Of a DNA stretch of 64,000 nucleotides, positions 1-8,554 are shown piece after piece. The stretch's first letter is position 1; each line of letters starts with the position of its first letter. Location of the stretch: the NCBI GenBank assembly GCA_964503265.1, contig CAZCYO010000002.1:2604-66603 (forward strand). Direction: 5' to 3'. Made by a program: the position numbers and the translations under genes. This DNA comes from an uncultured Gammaproteobacteria bacterium (GTDB taxonomy: Bacteria > Patescibacteriota > Microgenomatia > Levybacterales > UBA12049). The notes under the pieces were generated by a model that was not told the origin of the DNA, searched no databases, and worked only from the letters and a program-made list of their open reading frames with translations.

Positions 1-2211
1 ATGAAAACTCGGCAAACGTTTCAAGAGAAGACTTGATTCGCAGTAAATCACGGAATGTTTTAACGAAATCTGCTCTTTCTTCATCACCTTGCAAGTTATC
101 AATCGCATCAACCGTGGGCACTTTCTCCCTTAACTGAGCAAGTTTATTTTCAAAATCTTTCTTTTGTTCCTCATATGGTTTCTTGAAAACAATTTCTTTT
201 GCGTTTTCATCACCAAAGAGAGCTAAAGCCTTATCTGTAGCGAGTTTCAAATTCCTGAATGAAATTATATTCCCATGAGGCTTGTCTGAGTTGAGAAGCC
301 TGTTTGTACGTGAATAGGCTTGAATAAGACCGTGATAACGTAAATTTTTATCTACATAGAGCGTATTTAGTCTTGGACTGTCAAATCCTGTCAAAAACAT
401 ATTGACTACAAGCACCAAATCAACCTCTTTATTCTTTATTCTTTTTTGCAAATCCCGATAATAGTCATAAAATCGGTCAGTTGAGTAATTTGTTGCAAAT
501 GTTTGGTTGTAATCCTTGATACAGTCTTCCAAAAAGTCCCTAGAGTGTTGATTTCCCGTGGTCCCTTCTCCTGCAAAAATATCTACATCCAACATGTCAG
601 AACCATCATCTTCATTTGCCTGATAAGTAAAAATCGTTGCAAGTCGAAAACCCTCGGACTTCTTTGACTTGAATAGTGAATAATACTTTTTTAGAACATC
701 AATGCTTGTGACAGCAAAAAGTGCATTGAATTTTCCATTTTTTGTCTTTCTCTTCCAGTCAGCGAGTACATAATCAGCAATTTTATTAAGTCGGTCATCA
801 CTTTCCAGTACTTCTTGCGTATTTATTCCCTCAATAAGCGTCTCAGCAAATATGTCAGCGTCTAATGTATCTGGGTCTTTTTGGGTGTACTTACCAACAT
901 ACTCAACAGCGAATCCTAAAACGTTATTATCATCAATTGCATGTGTGATTATGTATTTATGTAGACATTCAATAAATACATCAGCAGTGGTTGCTCCCCC
1001 TACATTGTTATCTGCAAAAATGGGTGTTCCCGTAAATCCAAAGAGCTGTGCTTTTTTGAAAAATCCGGTGATGCGAGTATGAGTTAGCCCAAACTGGCTT
1101 CTATGACACTCGTCAAAGATGATAACGAGCTTTTCATCTCGCAAATATTCAAATTGTGAAAGATATGATTCCTGAGATATGGCAATATCGAGTTTTTGAA
1201 TAGTGGTAACTATCAACTTTCTATTTGGGTCTTTTAACTGAGCTACAAGGTTTCTAGTGTTATCTGTACCATCCACGGAACCATCTGAGAATGAGTTAAA
1301 TTCTTTTGTAGTCTGAATATCCAAGTCTTTTCTATCTACAACAAATAATACTTTTTTAATCTCTGGCATTTGGGAAAGCACTTGACTAGTTTTATAAGAA
1401 GTTAGTGTCTTTCCTGAACCAGTTGTATGCCAAATATACCCGTTCTTATTTGATTCAATGACTCTTTTTTCAATGGCCTTTACTGCATAATACTGGTATG
1501 GACGTAGAACCATAGGGATTTGCATCGATTCAGAGAGGACTATATACTCTGCAATCATTTCTGATACTATGCATTTTTCTAAAAAGACATCTGCAAACTC
1601 ACTTAACCCCGTAATCTTACGATTCTTCTCATCTGTCCAGAAAAATGTTTGTTCAAAAGATTGTCTTGGGTTGTTGGAAAAGTATTTGGTATTTACTCCA
1701 TTTGAAATGACAAATATTTGTATATATTCAAAAAGCGTTCCAGTAAAAGAGTGCTTGTGGTAGCGTTGAATTTGATTGAACGCCTCTTTCATTTCCATCC
1801 CTCGGCGTTTTAGTTCTATCTGTACTAGTGGAAGTCCATTGATAAGCAAAGTGACATCGTAACGGTTCTCATAGCGACCAGACTGGCTTACCTGGTGCGT
1901 TACCTGGTATTCGTTCTTACACCATTTGTCCATGTTGAAGAAACGAATCCAAATGGTACTTCCATCATCCCGAGCAAGCGCGTAACGGTCACGCAAGACT
2001 TTTGCTTTTTGGAAGCGGTCACCTTTCATGAGATGATTGAGGACACGAGAGAATTCCAAATCTGAAAATTGTGTTTGATTGAATTTTTCAAGCTGAGATT
2101 TTAAGTTAGAATTCAGAGCATTTGAATCGGATATTGTCACACTTTCAAACCCAAGTCCGCCAAGCTGTGCTACAAGTTCTTTTTCGAGTTGTAATTCTGA
2201 TTGTGCTGTCA
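1..2211 (-). CDS. hsdR: type I restriction enzyme R subunit (HsdR), N-terminal about 737 codons; 3' part beyond window start
   Basis: Minus-strand frame opens with ATG at 2209-2211 right after hsdS with no stop to position 1; own translation shows helicase motif [12 protein letters not shown] and motif [12 protein letters not shown]; not in ORF track because truncated. Confidence 0.8.
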
Positions 2212-2215
2212 TGTA

Positions 2216-3451
2216 TTAAATAAACATTTTTTGCATAAGTCCTTTTTTCCATTGCTCTGCTAACTTAATTTGCTTGTTCTTAAGGAATACCATTTCCTCA
2301 ATGGCATTTAAAATTATTGCAATCTTTTTTTGTTCTTGCTCTGTAGGGAATGGTACTTCCATTCTCATAAAATCATCTTGCGAAAAACTCAATCTATCAT
2401 ACCGTGCTCCATAATTCGCAATTTTATACATGTACTTATGCCATATTGAAGTTTTAAAATACATCTCAAAGAAATCTAAATTTCCGTCTTTTAATTTCAA
2501 AACAGTATACAGTGGTGACATGATTCCTTGAATTAATTTATTTCGATTAAATGGACCATAGGGTGCCTCGTTAGAGATTCGAGGGTTGTAGACAAAATCA
2601 TCTACATCTACTTTGAAATAGTTAAGTAAATTATTTTGATTCGCTATATCTTTTTCAAAAAAATCCCGTTGATTTATGATTCCTGAAACTGCTGAATTTG
2701 ATAACACATGTTTTATTTTATTATCTCTGTTTCTTTCAGATTTTCTTACAAGAACTTCGTGCAAATATTTTATTTTCCAATCAGGAAAATCTTTACCATT
2801 CTCGTCTTTAAAACGAATTTGTTGGGAGAATATTTTATGCATCATTCCTTTTTTATACTTTTCAAGGGACTCCTTTTGTAAGCGTAAATTCTCAATCCAT
2901 TCATCAATTGAAGATAAAAAAGAAGCGATTTTTTGTTGTTCTTGTAAGCTCGGGAATTTAACTTTAACTGATTTAAGATGTGAAGAATAAAGATGCACTA
3001 CTGCATTACCTTGTGCTAATTTAGCTATATCCTTTTTTTTGCAATTTGAAAGATAATAGGCATAAAACTCACCACAATGTCCGTTAATTCTTAAAACATT
3101 TATGTCTCCACCTAATAATACATCTGATACTTTAAGGCAACTTGTTTTTGCAATATCCAATTCGGTCTCTCCTGAGGATGGAATCAACAAATCATCTATC
3201 ATACTTTTAACTGACGATAAGTTATTCACATTTGTTTTTGATTTAATGTTTTTAATTACTTCACCATAGGTTGTATATAATTCTCCATAACGAATACAGC
3301 TATATTTTCCTTCTTCTGATATATCTTCTTTGGATATTCCATTTCCTTTATGAAAAGTTGCAATATCCCCTAATGATTTTTCTTGCCATTGTTGATTAAA
3401 TTCTAGAAATCGAAGATGTGGATTTTTTATAGCATGTAATTGTGGATTCAT
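2216..3451 (-). CDS. hsdS: type I R-M specificity subunit HsdS (two target-recognition domains)
   Basis: 411 aa; conserved repeats LPSLQEQQKIASFLSSIDEWIENL and PTEQEQKKIAIILNAIEEMVFL flank two variable domains; sits between hsdM and hsdR. Confidence 0.85.
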   Translation of the reverse strand: MNPQLHAIKNPHLRFLEFNQQWQEKSLGDIATFHKGNGISKEDISEEGKYSCIRYGELYTTYGEVIKNIKSKTNVNNLSSVKSMIDDLLIPSSGETELDIAKTSCLKVSDVLLGGDINVLRINGHCGEFYAYYLSNCKKKDIAKLAQGNAVVHLYSSHLKSVKVKFPSLQEQQKIASFLSSIDEWIENLRLQKESLEKYKKGMMHKIFSQQIRFKDENGKDFPDWKIKYLHEVLVRKSERNRDNKIKHVLSNSAVSGIINQRDFFEKDIANQNNLLNYFKVDVDDFVYNPRISNEAPYGPFNRNKLIQGIMSPLYTVLKLKDGNLDFFEMYFKTSIWHKYMYKIANYGARYDRLSFSQDDFMRMEVPFPTEQEQKKIAIILNAIEEMVFLKNKQIKLAEQWKKGLMQKMFI

Positions 3452-3453
3452 AA

Positions 3454-5031
3454 TTAAAAAGGTTTCTCGATAGATAATTCATCGCAAAAAGCAGCAATTT
3501 TATTACGAAGATTTTCTTCTTCTAGGCTCAATTGCTGCACATCTTTAGCAACCGCTTGTATCTCAATTTCAGGCTCTTCTTCAAATGTATCTACATAGCG
3601 AGGGATATTAAGGTTAAATTCATTCTCTTTTATCTCATCTATACTTGCCAAATGTGAATATTTATCAATTTCCTTACGTTCTTTGTAGGATTGAAAAATC
3701 TTTGCTACATTTTCATCAGTAAGATGGTTTTGATTTTTACCTTTATCAAAGTCTTTAGAAGCATCAATAAACATTATGTCATCATCATCTTTGCGACACT
3801 TCTTAAATACCATGATGGTTGCAGGAATACTTGTGCCGTAAAAAAGATTTGACGGTAGTCCTATAACAGCATCTAGATAATTTTGTTTTTCTATTATATA
3901 TTTGCGAATATGTCCCTCGGCACCAGAGCGGAAAAGTACACCATGGGGTAGTACAACTGCCATAGTTCCATGGTCAGCTAGGTGATAAAGCATATGAGTA
4001 ACAAAAGCGTAGTCAGCGGCACTCTTAGGGGCTAATCTTCCATATTGCGAGTATCTTTCGTCTTGAGCTAAAAGAGGGTCGCTATCGCTTTTCCATTCAG
4101 TAGAAAATGGTGGGTTGGCGACAACTGCCTCAGCTTGTAGGTCTACGTGCATATCATCTACTAAAGTATCTCCTTGTCGGATACTAAAGTGGTCGAAGTG
4201 AACGCCATGCAAAATCATGTTCATGCGGGCGAGGTTATATGTTGTAGGATTTAACTCTTGTCCTAAATACATATTGACACTTGTATAGTCACCAATACGA
4301 AGCAGAAGTGAACCTGAACCGCATGTAGGGTCATATACGGACTTTAAACGGGCTTTACCCTCTGTTACTATTTGAGCGAGAAGCCTTGATACTTGGACAG
4401 GAGTATAGAACTCTCCGCCTTTTTTACCAGCCCCGGCAGCAAATTCACCTATGAGGTACTCATACGCATCTCCAAGCAAATCACTTTTTGAGTCTTCTAG
4501 TTGAAAGTCTATCCCGCTAAGTAGGGTAAGCACTTGAACAATAACTTCATTCTTCTTGTTTTCAGTTTTGCCTAATTTGGAACTGGTCAAATCTACATCA
4601 TCAAATAAGCCTTTGAAGTCATCTTCGCTGGCAGTTCCCATAGATGTTTGTTCTATGGCATTAAGGACATTTTTAAGCTCTTCTAATATGAAGGTTTCTT
4701 GCCCTTTAACTTCACCATTTCCTTTTTTAACAAGATATGAAAATAACTCCTTTGGTTTTAAGAAAAAGCCTAAATGCCCAACACATGCTTTTTTTACCTC
4801 TTCAAGAATTGCTTTCCCTTCAGTAGACTCTGCTTCTATTTCTGCAAAGCTATAGTCTTCTTTTGCGAGGAGTTTTTCATCTATATATTTTTCTAACTTT
4901 TCTGAAAGATATTTGTAGAAGATAAAACCAAGAATATAGTTCTTATACTCATCGGCATTCATCTTACCTCTAAGTACATTTGCAACTGCCCACAGTTGTT
5001 TCTCCAATAATTTCTTGTTCTCTTCGGACAT
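3454..5031 (-). CDS. hsdM: type I R-M N6-adenine DNA methyltransferase HsdM
   Basis: 525 aa; NPPF catalytic motif (VVANPPFS); AdoMet motif DPTCGSGSLLL; 3-nt gap to hsdS. Confidence 0.9.
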   Translation of the reverse strand: MSEENKKLLEKQLWAVANVLRGKMNADEYKNYILGFIFYKYLSEKLEKYIDEKLLAKEDYSFAEIEAESTEGKAILEEVKKACVGHLGFFLKPKELFSYLVKKGNGEVKGQETFILEELKNVLNAIEQTSMGTASEDDFKGLFDDVDLTSSKLGKTENKKNEVIVQVLTLLSGIDFQLEDSKSDLLGDAYEYLIGEFAAGAGKKGGEFYTPVQVSRLLAQIVTEGKARLKSVYDPTCGSGSLLLRIGDYTSVNMYLGQELNPTTYNLARMNMILHGVHFDHFSIRQGDTLVDDMHVDLQAEAVVANPPFSTEWKSDSDPLLAQDERYSQYGRLAPKSAADYAFVTHMLYHLADHGTMAVVLPHGVLFRSGAEGHIRKYIIEKQNYLDAVIGLPSNLFYGTSIPATIMVFKKCRKDDDDIMFIDASKDFDKGKNQNHLTDENVAKIFQSYKERKEIDKYSHLASIDEIKENEFNLNIPRYVDTFEEEPEIEIQAVAKDVQQLSLEEENLRNKIAAFCDELSIEKPF

Positions 5032-5164
5032 AACTTTATTGTACTAACTACAAGCTCATTATAGTTGAAATATGGCTATTTAATCAATCAAGCAAAAGCT
5101 ATATTACTTATATATGCCAGTATATTTTGGGGATTCAATCAAGCTTAATTATATAAATTTAACA

Positions 5165-5320
5165 TCATTCTGTTTCTTTTTTCTTCGCTATCCCTCTGGC
5201 TTTTGCCATTACTAATAAATCTAATCTATCTTTCTTTTCAAGAGCTTTCATTGTTCTTTCATAAATTTGCTCTGGAGTTAGCTTTTTAGTATCGAATATC
5301 CCGAGTAATCTCTTTTTCAT
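5165..5320 (-). CDS. small basic hypothetical protein (51 aa), start overlaps upstream stop (ATGA)
   Basis: Own translation MKKRLLGIFDTKKLTPEQIYERTMKALEKKDRLDLLVMAKARGIAKKKETE; below ORF-track size cutoff. Confidence 0.25.
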   Translation of the reverse strand: MKKRLLGIFDTKKLTPEQIYERTMKALEKKDRLDLLVMAKARGIAKKKETE

Positions 5321-5532
5321 TGTATAAAATGATGTTTTATGACTTTTAGTTTTTTGAATGGCTTAAATTCTTCTATATAACCTAATTCAGCAAGTTTTTT
5401 TAATATTGACTGTGCACTTAAGTAAGTAATGCCAAGTTTTCGTTGAATATATGATGCCGTAATGAAATCTTCCGCTATTACTAAATGAACAACTCTATCT
5501 AGCTGAGATTCAATATTGCCTTTTCTTCCCAT
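5317..5532 (-). CDS. small winged-helix protein resembling FtsK gamma domain
   Basis: 71 aa; segment ITASYIQRKLGITYLSAQSILKKLAELGYI resembles FtsK-gamma wHTH consensus (from memory). Confidence 0.4.
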   Translation of the reverse strand: MGRKGNIESQLDRVVHLVIAEDFITASYIQRKLGITYLSAQSILKKLAELGYIEEFKPFKKLKVIKHHFIQ

Positions 5533-5535
5533 AAA

Positions 5536-5883
5536 TTATTGATTCGCCTTAACTTCTTCAATAATCTCCTTCATATCGTCTCCCATCCAATCTATTATTT
5601 CTTCTGCTTGTCCTCTTCTGTAATTAAATTCATCTAGTTTTTTTGATTCTGCTTTAATATCGCAAGTATTTAAATTTGATACACACGCAGTCGCTGTAGT
5701 ATAGGCTTGAGCACAGGAGTCGGCTATTTCTTTTGAGGACTCCATGCTTTTTACTGCATTTGTTAAAATTCTTTTGGTTAGTTTTTTTTGTGAGTTAATC
5801 TCATTTCTCGTAAACGCATATGTGATAATTGAACTTGTAAGAATACAAATTATGGCTAAGATAACTATTTTTTGGTTATTCAT
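5536..5883 (-). CDS. small N-terminally anchored/secreted hypothetical protein
   Basis: 115 aa; N-terminal hydrophobic segment IVILAIICILTSSIITYAF; operon with flanking small genes. Confidence 0.4.
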   Translation of the reverse strand: MNNQKIVILAIICILTSSIITYAFTRNEINSQKKLTKRILTNAVKSMESSKEIADSCAQAYTTATACVSNLNTCDIKAESKKLDEFNYRRGQAEEIIDWMGDDMKEIIEEVKANQ

Positions 5884-6178
5884 TGTTCCTATATGATTCT
5901 TCCTTTTCCATTTCCTCTATGTCTTTTTTAACTTTCTTAGATATTTCTTCATCTTTAGCTCTCCTTTTCCTTGCTTCTTCCTCCAGAGCGGTATAATGCA
6001 TTCTATTAAATTCTCTATAACCTTCTTTTTTACCTCCTATAAAGGCAGACAAGAATAACATTCCAATTCCAAGTATAGATAAAATGCCTTCTGTGCTTCG
6101 TAAAGTGTAGACACATAAAGCTAACCCTCCAAAGAAAAATATTAGAGCCATAATCTCAGTTTGCTTATCAATTTTCAT
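5876..6178 (-). CDS. small membrane hypothetical protein
   Basis: 100 aa; two hydrophobic helices then charged Glu/Lys-rich tail; overlaps downstream gene by 8 nt. Confidence 0.4.
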   Translation of the reverse strand: MKIDKQTEIMALIFFFGGLALCVYTLRSTEGILSILGIGMLFLSAFIGGKKEGYREFNRMHYTALEEEARKRRAKDEEISKKVKKDIEEMEKEESYRNNE

Positions 6179-6294
6179 AAGTATTGGTATAAAAACATAA
6201 TACCCCGAGCAGATTTAATATTCAATAGGAATTAAGGCCAAATGCTCGCTCACGGCTAGTGGAGTATATAGCGCAGAGCTATCAAAATTAGCTC

Positions 6295-6513
6295 ATGAGT
6301 AAAACACCTAAAATCTATGCAAAACTGGGAAGAAAGATTCAAAAGGCCCGACAAGAGAAAGGAATTACCCAGGAAAGACTTGCTGAAATGGCAGACATAT
6401 CAAGGACGCACATGGGACACATTGAACAAGGTCGAAGACAGCCTACTTTGGATGTTGTACAAAAAATCGCAAAAGCATTAAAAATGAAAGCAAACGAACT
6501 TATTCCATTTTAA
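6295..6513 (+). CDS. XRE-family helix-turn-helix transcriptional regulator
   Basis: 72 aa; HTH ITQERLAEMADISRTHMGHIEQGRRQPTLDVVQKIAKAL; divergent from the small-gene operon. Confidence 0.8.
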   Translation: MSKTPKIYAKLGRKIQKARQEKGITQERLAEMADISRTHMGHIEQGRRQPTLDVVQKIAKALKMKANELIPF

Positions 6514-6867
6514 TCATTATAAGTCTTCCAGCTTTTCAGTTAGTAAATAGTTATATTTAGGAATTGCACAGCCTCAATAAACCTTAACAAAAGAGTACTT
6601 TTTGTGTACTTTATTTTGACTTCTTGACAAAAAGTTTTTAGTTGAATAAGGTAAATGATAGGTTGGCATAGTAAGCGTTACGAACCAGAAGACCGTTTTT
6701 GAAAGTTTGGTAAGGATAATACTTTGCCAAAAGTCGTAACGCAACTTGCCAGACTTTCATAAGCGGTTTTTTGTGTTTAAGAGTAGTTGTAAATAGCAAC
6801 TGATTACGAGACAAGAGTTAGGTTTCGTGTTCGGTTGCTTTTTTTGTGGTGAAAGGAGGTGAAAATA

Positions 6868-7089
6868 ATGACGAAATGTACTTTTGAAAAGGCTTTGAGA
6901 ATTGGTTTAGAAGATTATCTAATAAGCGAATTGAAAATAACTAAAGCTAAAGCTAATAAAGCTGATGACATTGTAGGAGATTTAATTGGAGAGGGAGCAG
7001 ATTTGCCACTTTGTAAATGGGCTGATGATATGGAATGGATAGCACCTAGAATAAAAAAATTAATCGAGGTTTGTATGAGTAAGGAATAG
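6868..7089 (+). CDS. hypothetical small protein (73 aa from ATG 6868)
   Basis: Strong SD aaaggagg 8 nt before ATG 6868; ORF track started at upstream GTG 6859. Confidence 0.45.
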   Translation: MTKCTFEKALRIGLEDYLISELKITKAKANKADDIVGDLIGEGADLPLCKWADDMEWIAPRIKKLIEVCMSKE

Positions 7090-7125
7090 AGACTTGAGTA
7101 ATAAATAAGAGCTAAAGTAAGTGTA

Positions 7126-7480
7126 AATTCACGCATGTTGGGCTGTAAATCGAAGAAACATGTACCCTGGCACAATGCCAGCAGTAGGAACTTGGCGTTC
7201 CTAGGTCTTAGAACCTCACGACAGCGTCGAAATGAGTGTATAAAGCAATTTATACATTCGCTTCGGCACTGTAGCGAGGGCAGTAAAAATAAGAGAATAG
7301 CCAGATGTTCACGCGACTGTCATCTGGCGACGCTGTAAAGTCCAATGACGGCTTTGTATAAAGCACTTTACGAAAAGCGTGTTCCTTTAGGGTCATAGAG
7401 AGGCCACCGATGAGGTTTTAGTTTACAGCGAGCTTAATCTTTACCGAGATAAAACGGAATCTTAAAGATGAATTTGTATC
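7126..7480. ncRNA. candidate large structured RNA of unknown class; strand undetermined
   Basis: No credible ORF; GC visibly higher than flanks; perfect hairpins: 10-bp stem with GCAA tetraloop 7235..7258, 8-bp stem 7300..7328 (gccagatg/catctggc), 7-bp 7185..7203 (taggaac/gttccta), 6-bp 7166..7180, C(UUCG)G 7260..7267. Confidence 0.25.
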
Positions 7481-7583
7481 TCCTACAGGGGGACTGACCT
7501 TCTCTTGCTCTGAAAGTTCAATCTCTACTACTAAACAACCTCCATGCCCACATAGTAACCCATATTTGGTAAAATACCCATGA

Positions 7584-8294
7584 ATGAAAATTACTATAAT
7601 TGAATCTAAGGAACACAAATTCACACCTGACGAATACAAATTTCTTCAACTACTAGAAGAAGACTCTGTTTTTGAAAATTTAGTACTCCAAGCAAGAGCT
7701 GTAATAGGAATCCCACCCGAAGGTTTTAATATTAAAGAAGGGCATAATTTAAAAGATGATGCGACTAAAAGACGAATTAAGCTGAGAAAGATTACAATTG
7801 CAATTCGTGGTCTTTATAATCTACCTCCTTACTGGTTGATAATATTGTCTTTCATAATTTACTACAATATTGCAGAGGCAGTAGATAGAAAAAAACTGCC
7901 TCACTTTTATTTTGAGAAGGCTGTTAATTCAGTCACAATTCACATTAAAGAAAACATGTCTATTAGGGAACTAAAGAGACAGATTGATTTAAATAGCGAT
8001 GAGCTTAAATCACTTCTGCAATCATTACCTGGAATACCTCAGATAAAGATTGAAAATATTAAAGTTAAAAAAAGAATTCTTGAACTTAATAAGGCGGGTA
8101 AGAGAGATGCTGAAATCGCTAGAATAATTGAAGAAGAATTTGGAGATAATTTATCTTTCAGTCCAGAGTATTACATAATCAGCATCCTACGTAAAAGATT
8201 CGAAAAGAGTTTAGACATAATTTTAAAGAAAGATGTTGCCAGAGCAAAAAGTAAATTTAAAATAAAATCCCCATCACAACCAATGGCCTCTTAA
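7584..8294 (+). CDS. hypothetical protein with C-terminal HTH-like segment
   Basis: 236 aa; C-terminal KRILELNKAGKRDAEIARIIEEEF resembles resolvase-type HTH; an internal terminator-like hairpin at about 7873..7905 casts doubt on the single-gene model. Confidence 0.4.
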   Translation: MKITIIESKEHKFTPDEYKFLQLLEEDSVFENLVLQARAVIGIPPEGFNIKEGHNLKDDATKRRIKLRKITIAIRGLYNLPPYWLIILSFIIYYNIAEAVDRKKLPHFYFEKAVNSVTIHIKENMSIRELKRQIDLNSDELKSLLQSLPGIPQIKIENIKVKKRILELNKAGKRDAEIARIIEEEFGDNLSFSPEYYIISILRKRFEKSLDIILKKDVARAKSKFKIKSPSQPMAS

Positions 8295-8332
8295 AAACAC
8301 AAAGAATTAGCAACACTTGTTGTTGTCATCTG

Positions 8333-8554
8333 ATGTTTTATTTTCCAGTTCTTATTTTCAGTATCCTTAGAGCAGATATGGATACGAATACTAAATCAAT
8401 TATTAGTGAGGCAGCACAAGAGTTAAAAGAACTTCTCGCAATAGAAAATATATATTTGTCTGATGATGAGGCTATTAAACAATCGATTAGCTTATTAAAT
8501 CTTTTTGGCGCCTTGACACAGGCACCAGAACGGGGGATAAATGAAATTGCTTGA
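8333..8554 (+). CDS. small hypothetical protein upstream of recombinase (possible accessory factor)
   Basis: 73 aa ORF, likely starts at internal Met (MDTNTKSII...); overlaps recombinase start. Confidence 0.3.
   Translation: MFYFPVLIFSILRADMDTNTKSIISEAAQELKELLAIENIYLSDDEAIKQSISLLNLFGALTQAPERGINEIA

Noticed and set aside
2676-2990. ORF-track entries embedded antisense or in-frame-shifted within larger genes (e.g. 2676..2990, 4556..4855, 8597..8830, 9869..10237, 10511..10909, 12020..12274, 17966..18325, 21081..21464, 31968..32276, 33541..33837, 34720..35040, 35950..36591, 56680..57516)
   Set aside because: They overlap confidently assigned genes on the opposite strand and have low-complexity or Cys/Arg-rich composition typical of antisense artefacts. 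The ones in high-GC or repeat genes are expected from compositional bias.
7100-7560. RNase P RNA / tmRNA / SRP RNA identity for the structured block
   Set aside because: Only partial matches to RNase P conserved regions (AAAGTCC, AGGGCAG, ACAG..GCTTA) and in the wrong 5'-3' order; no tRNA-like T-arm for tmRNA; no SRP domain IV motif. Left as unknown class.
6915-7639. Short ORFs 6915..7175(-), 7135..7338(+), 7418..7639(-) in the noncoding block
   Set aside because: No RBS, Arg/Cys-rich or hydrophobic nonsense composition, mutually overlapping; better explained as the structured noncoding region.
7100-8300. Retron or group II intron (structured RNA next to an ORF)
   Set aside because: The adjacent 236-aa ORF has no RT motifs. 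The GCAA hairpin lacks the bulge and AGC triad of an intron domain V.
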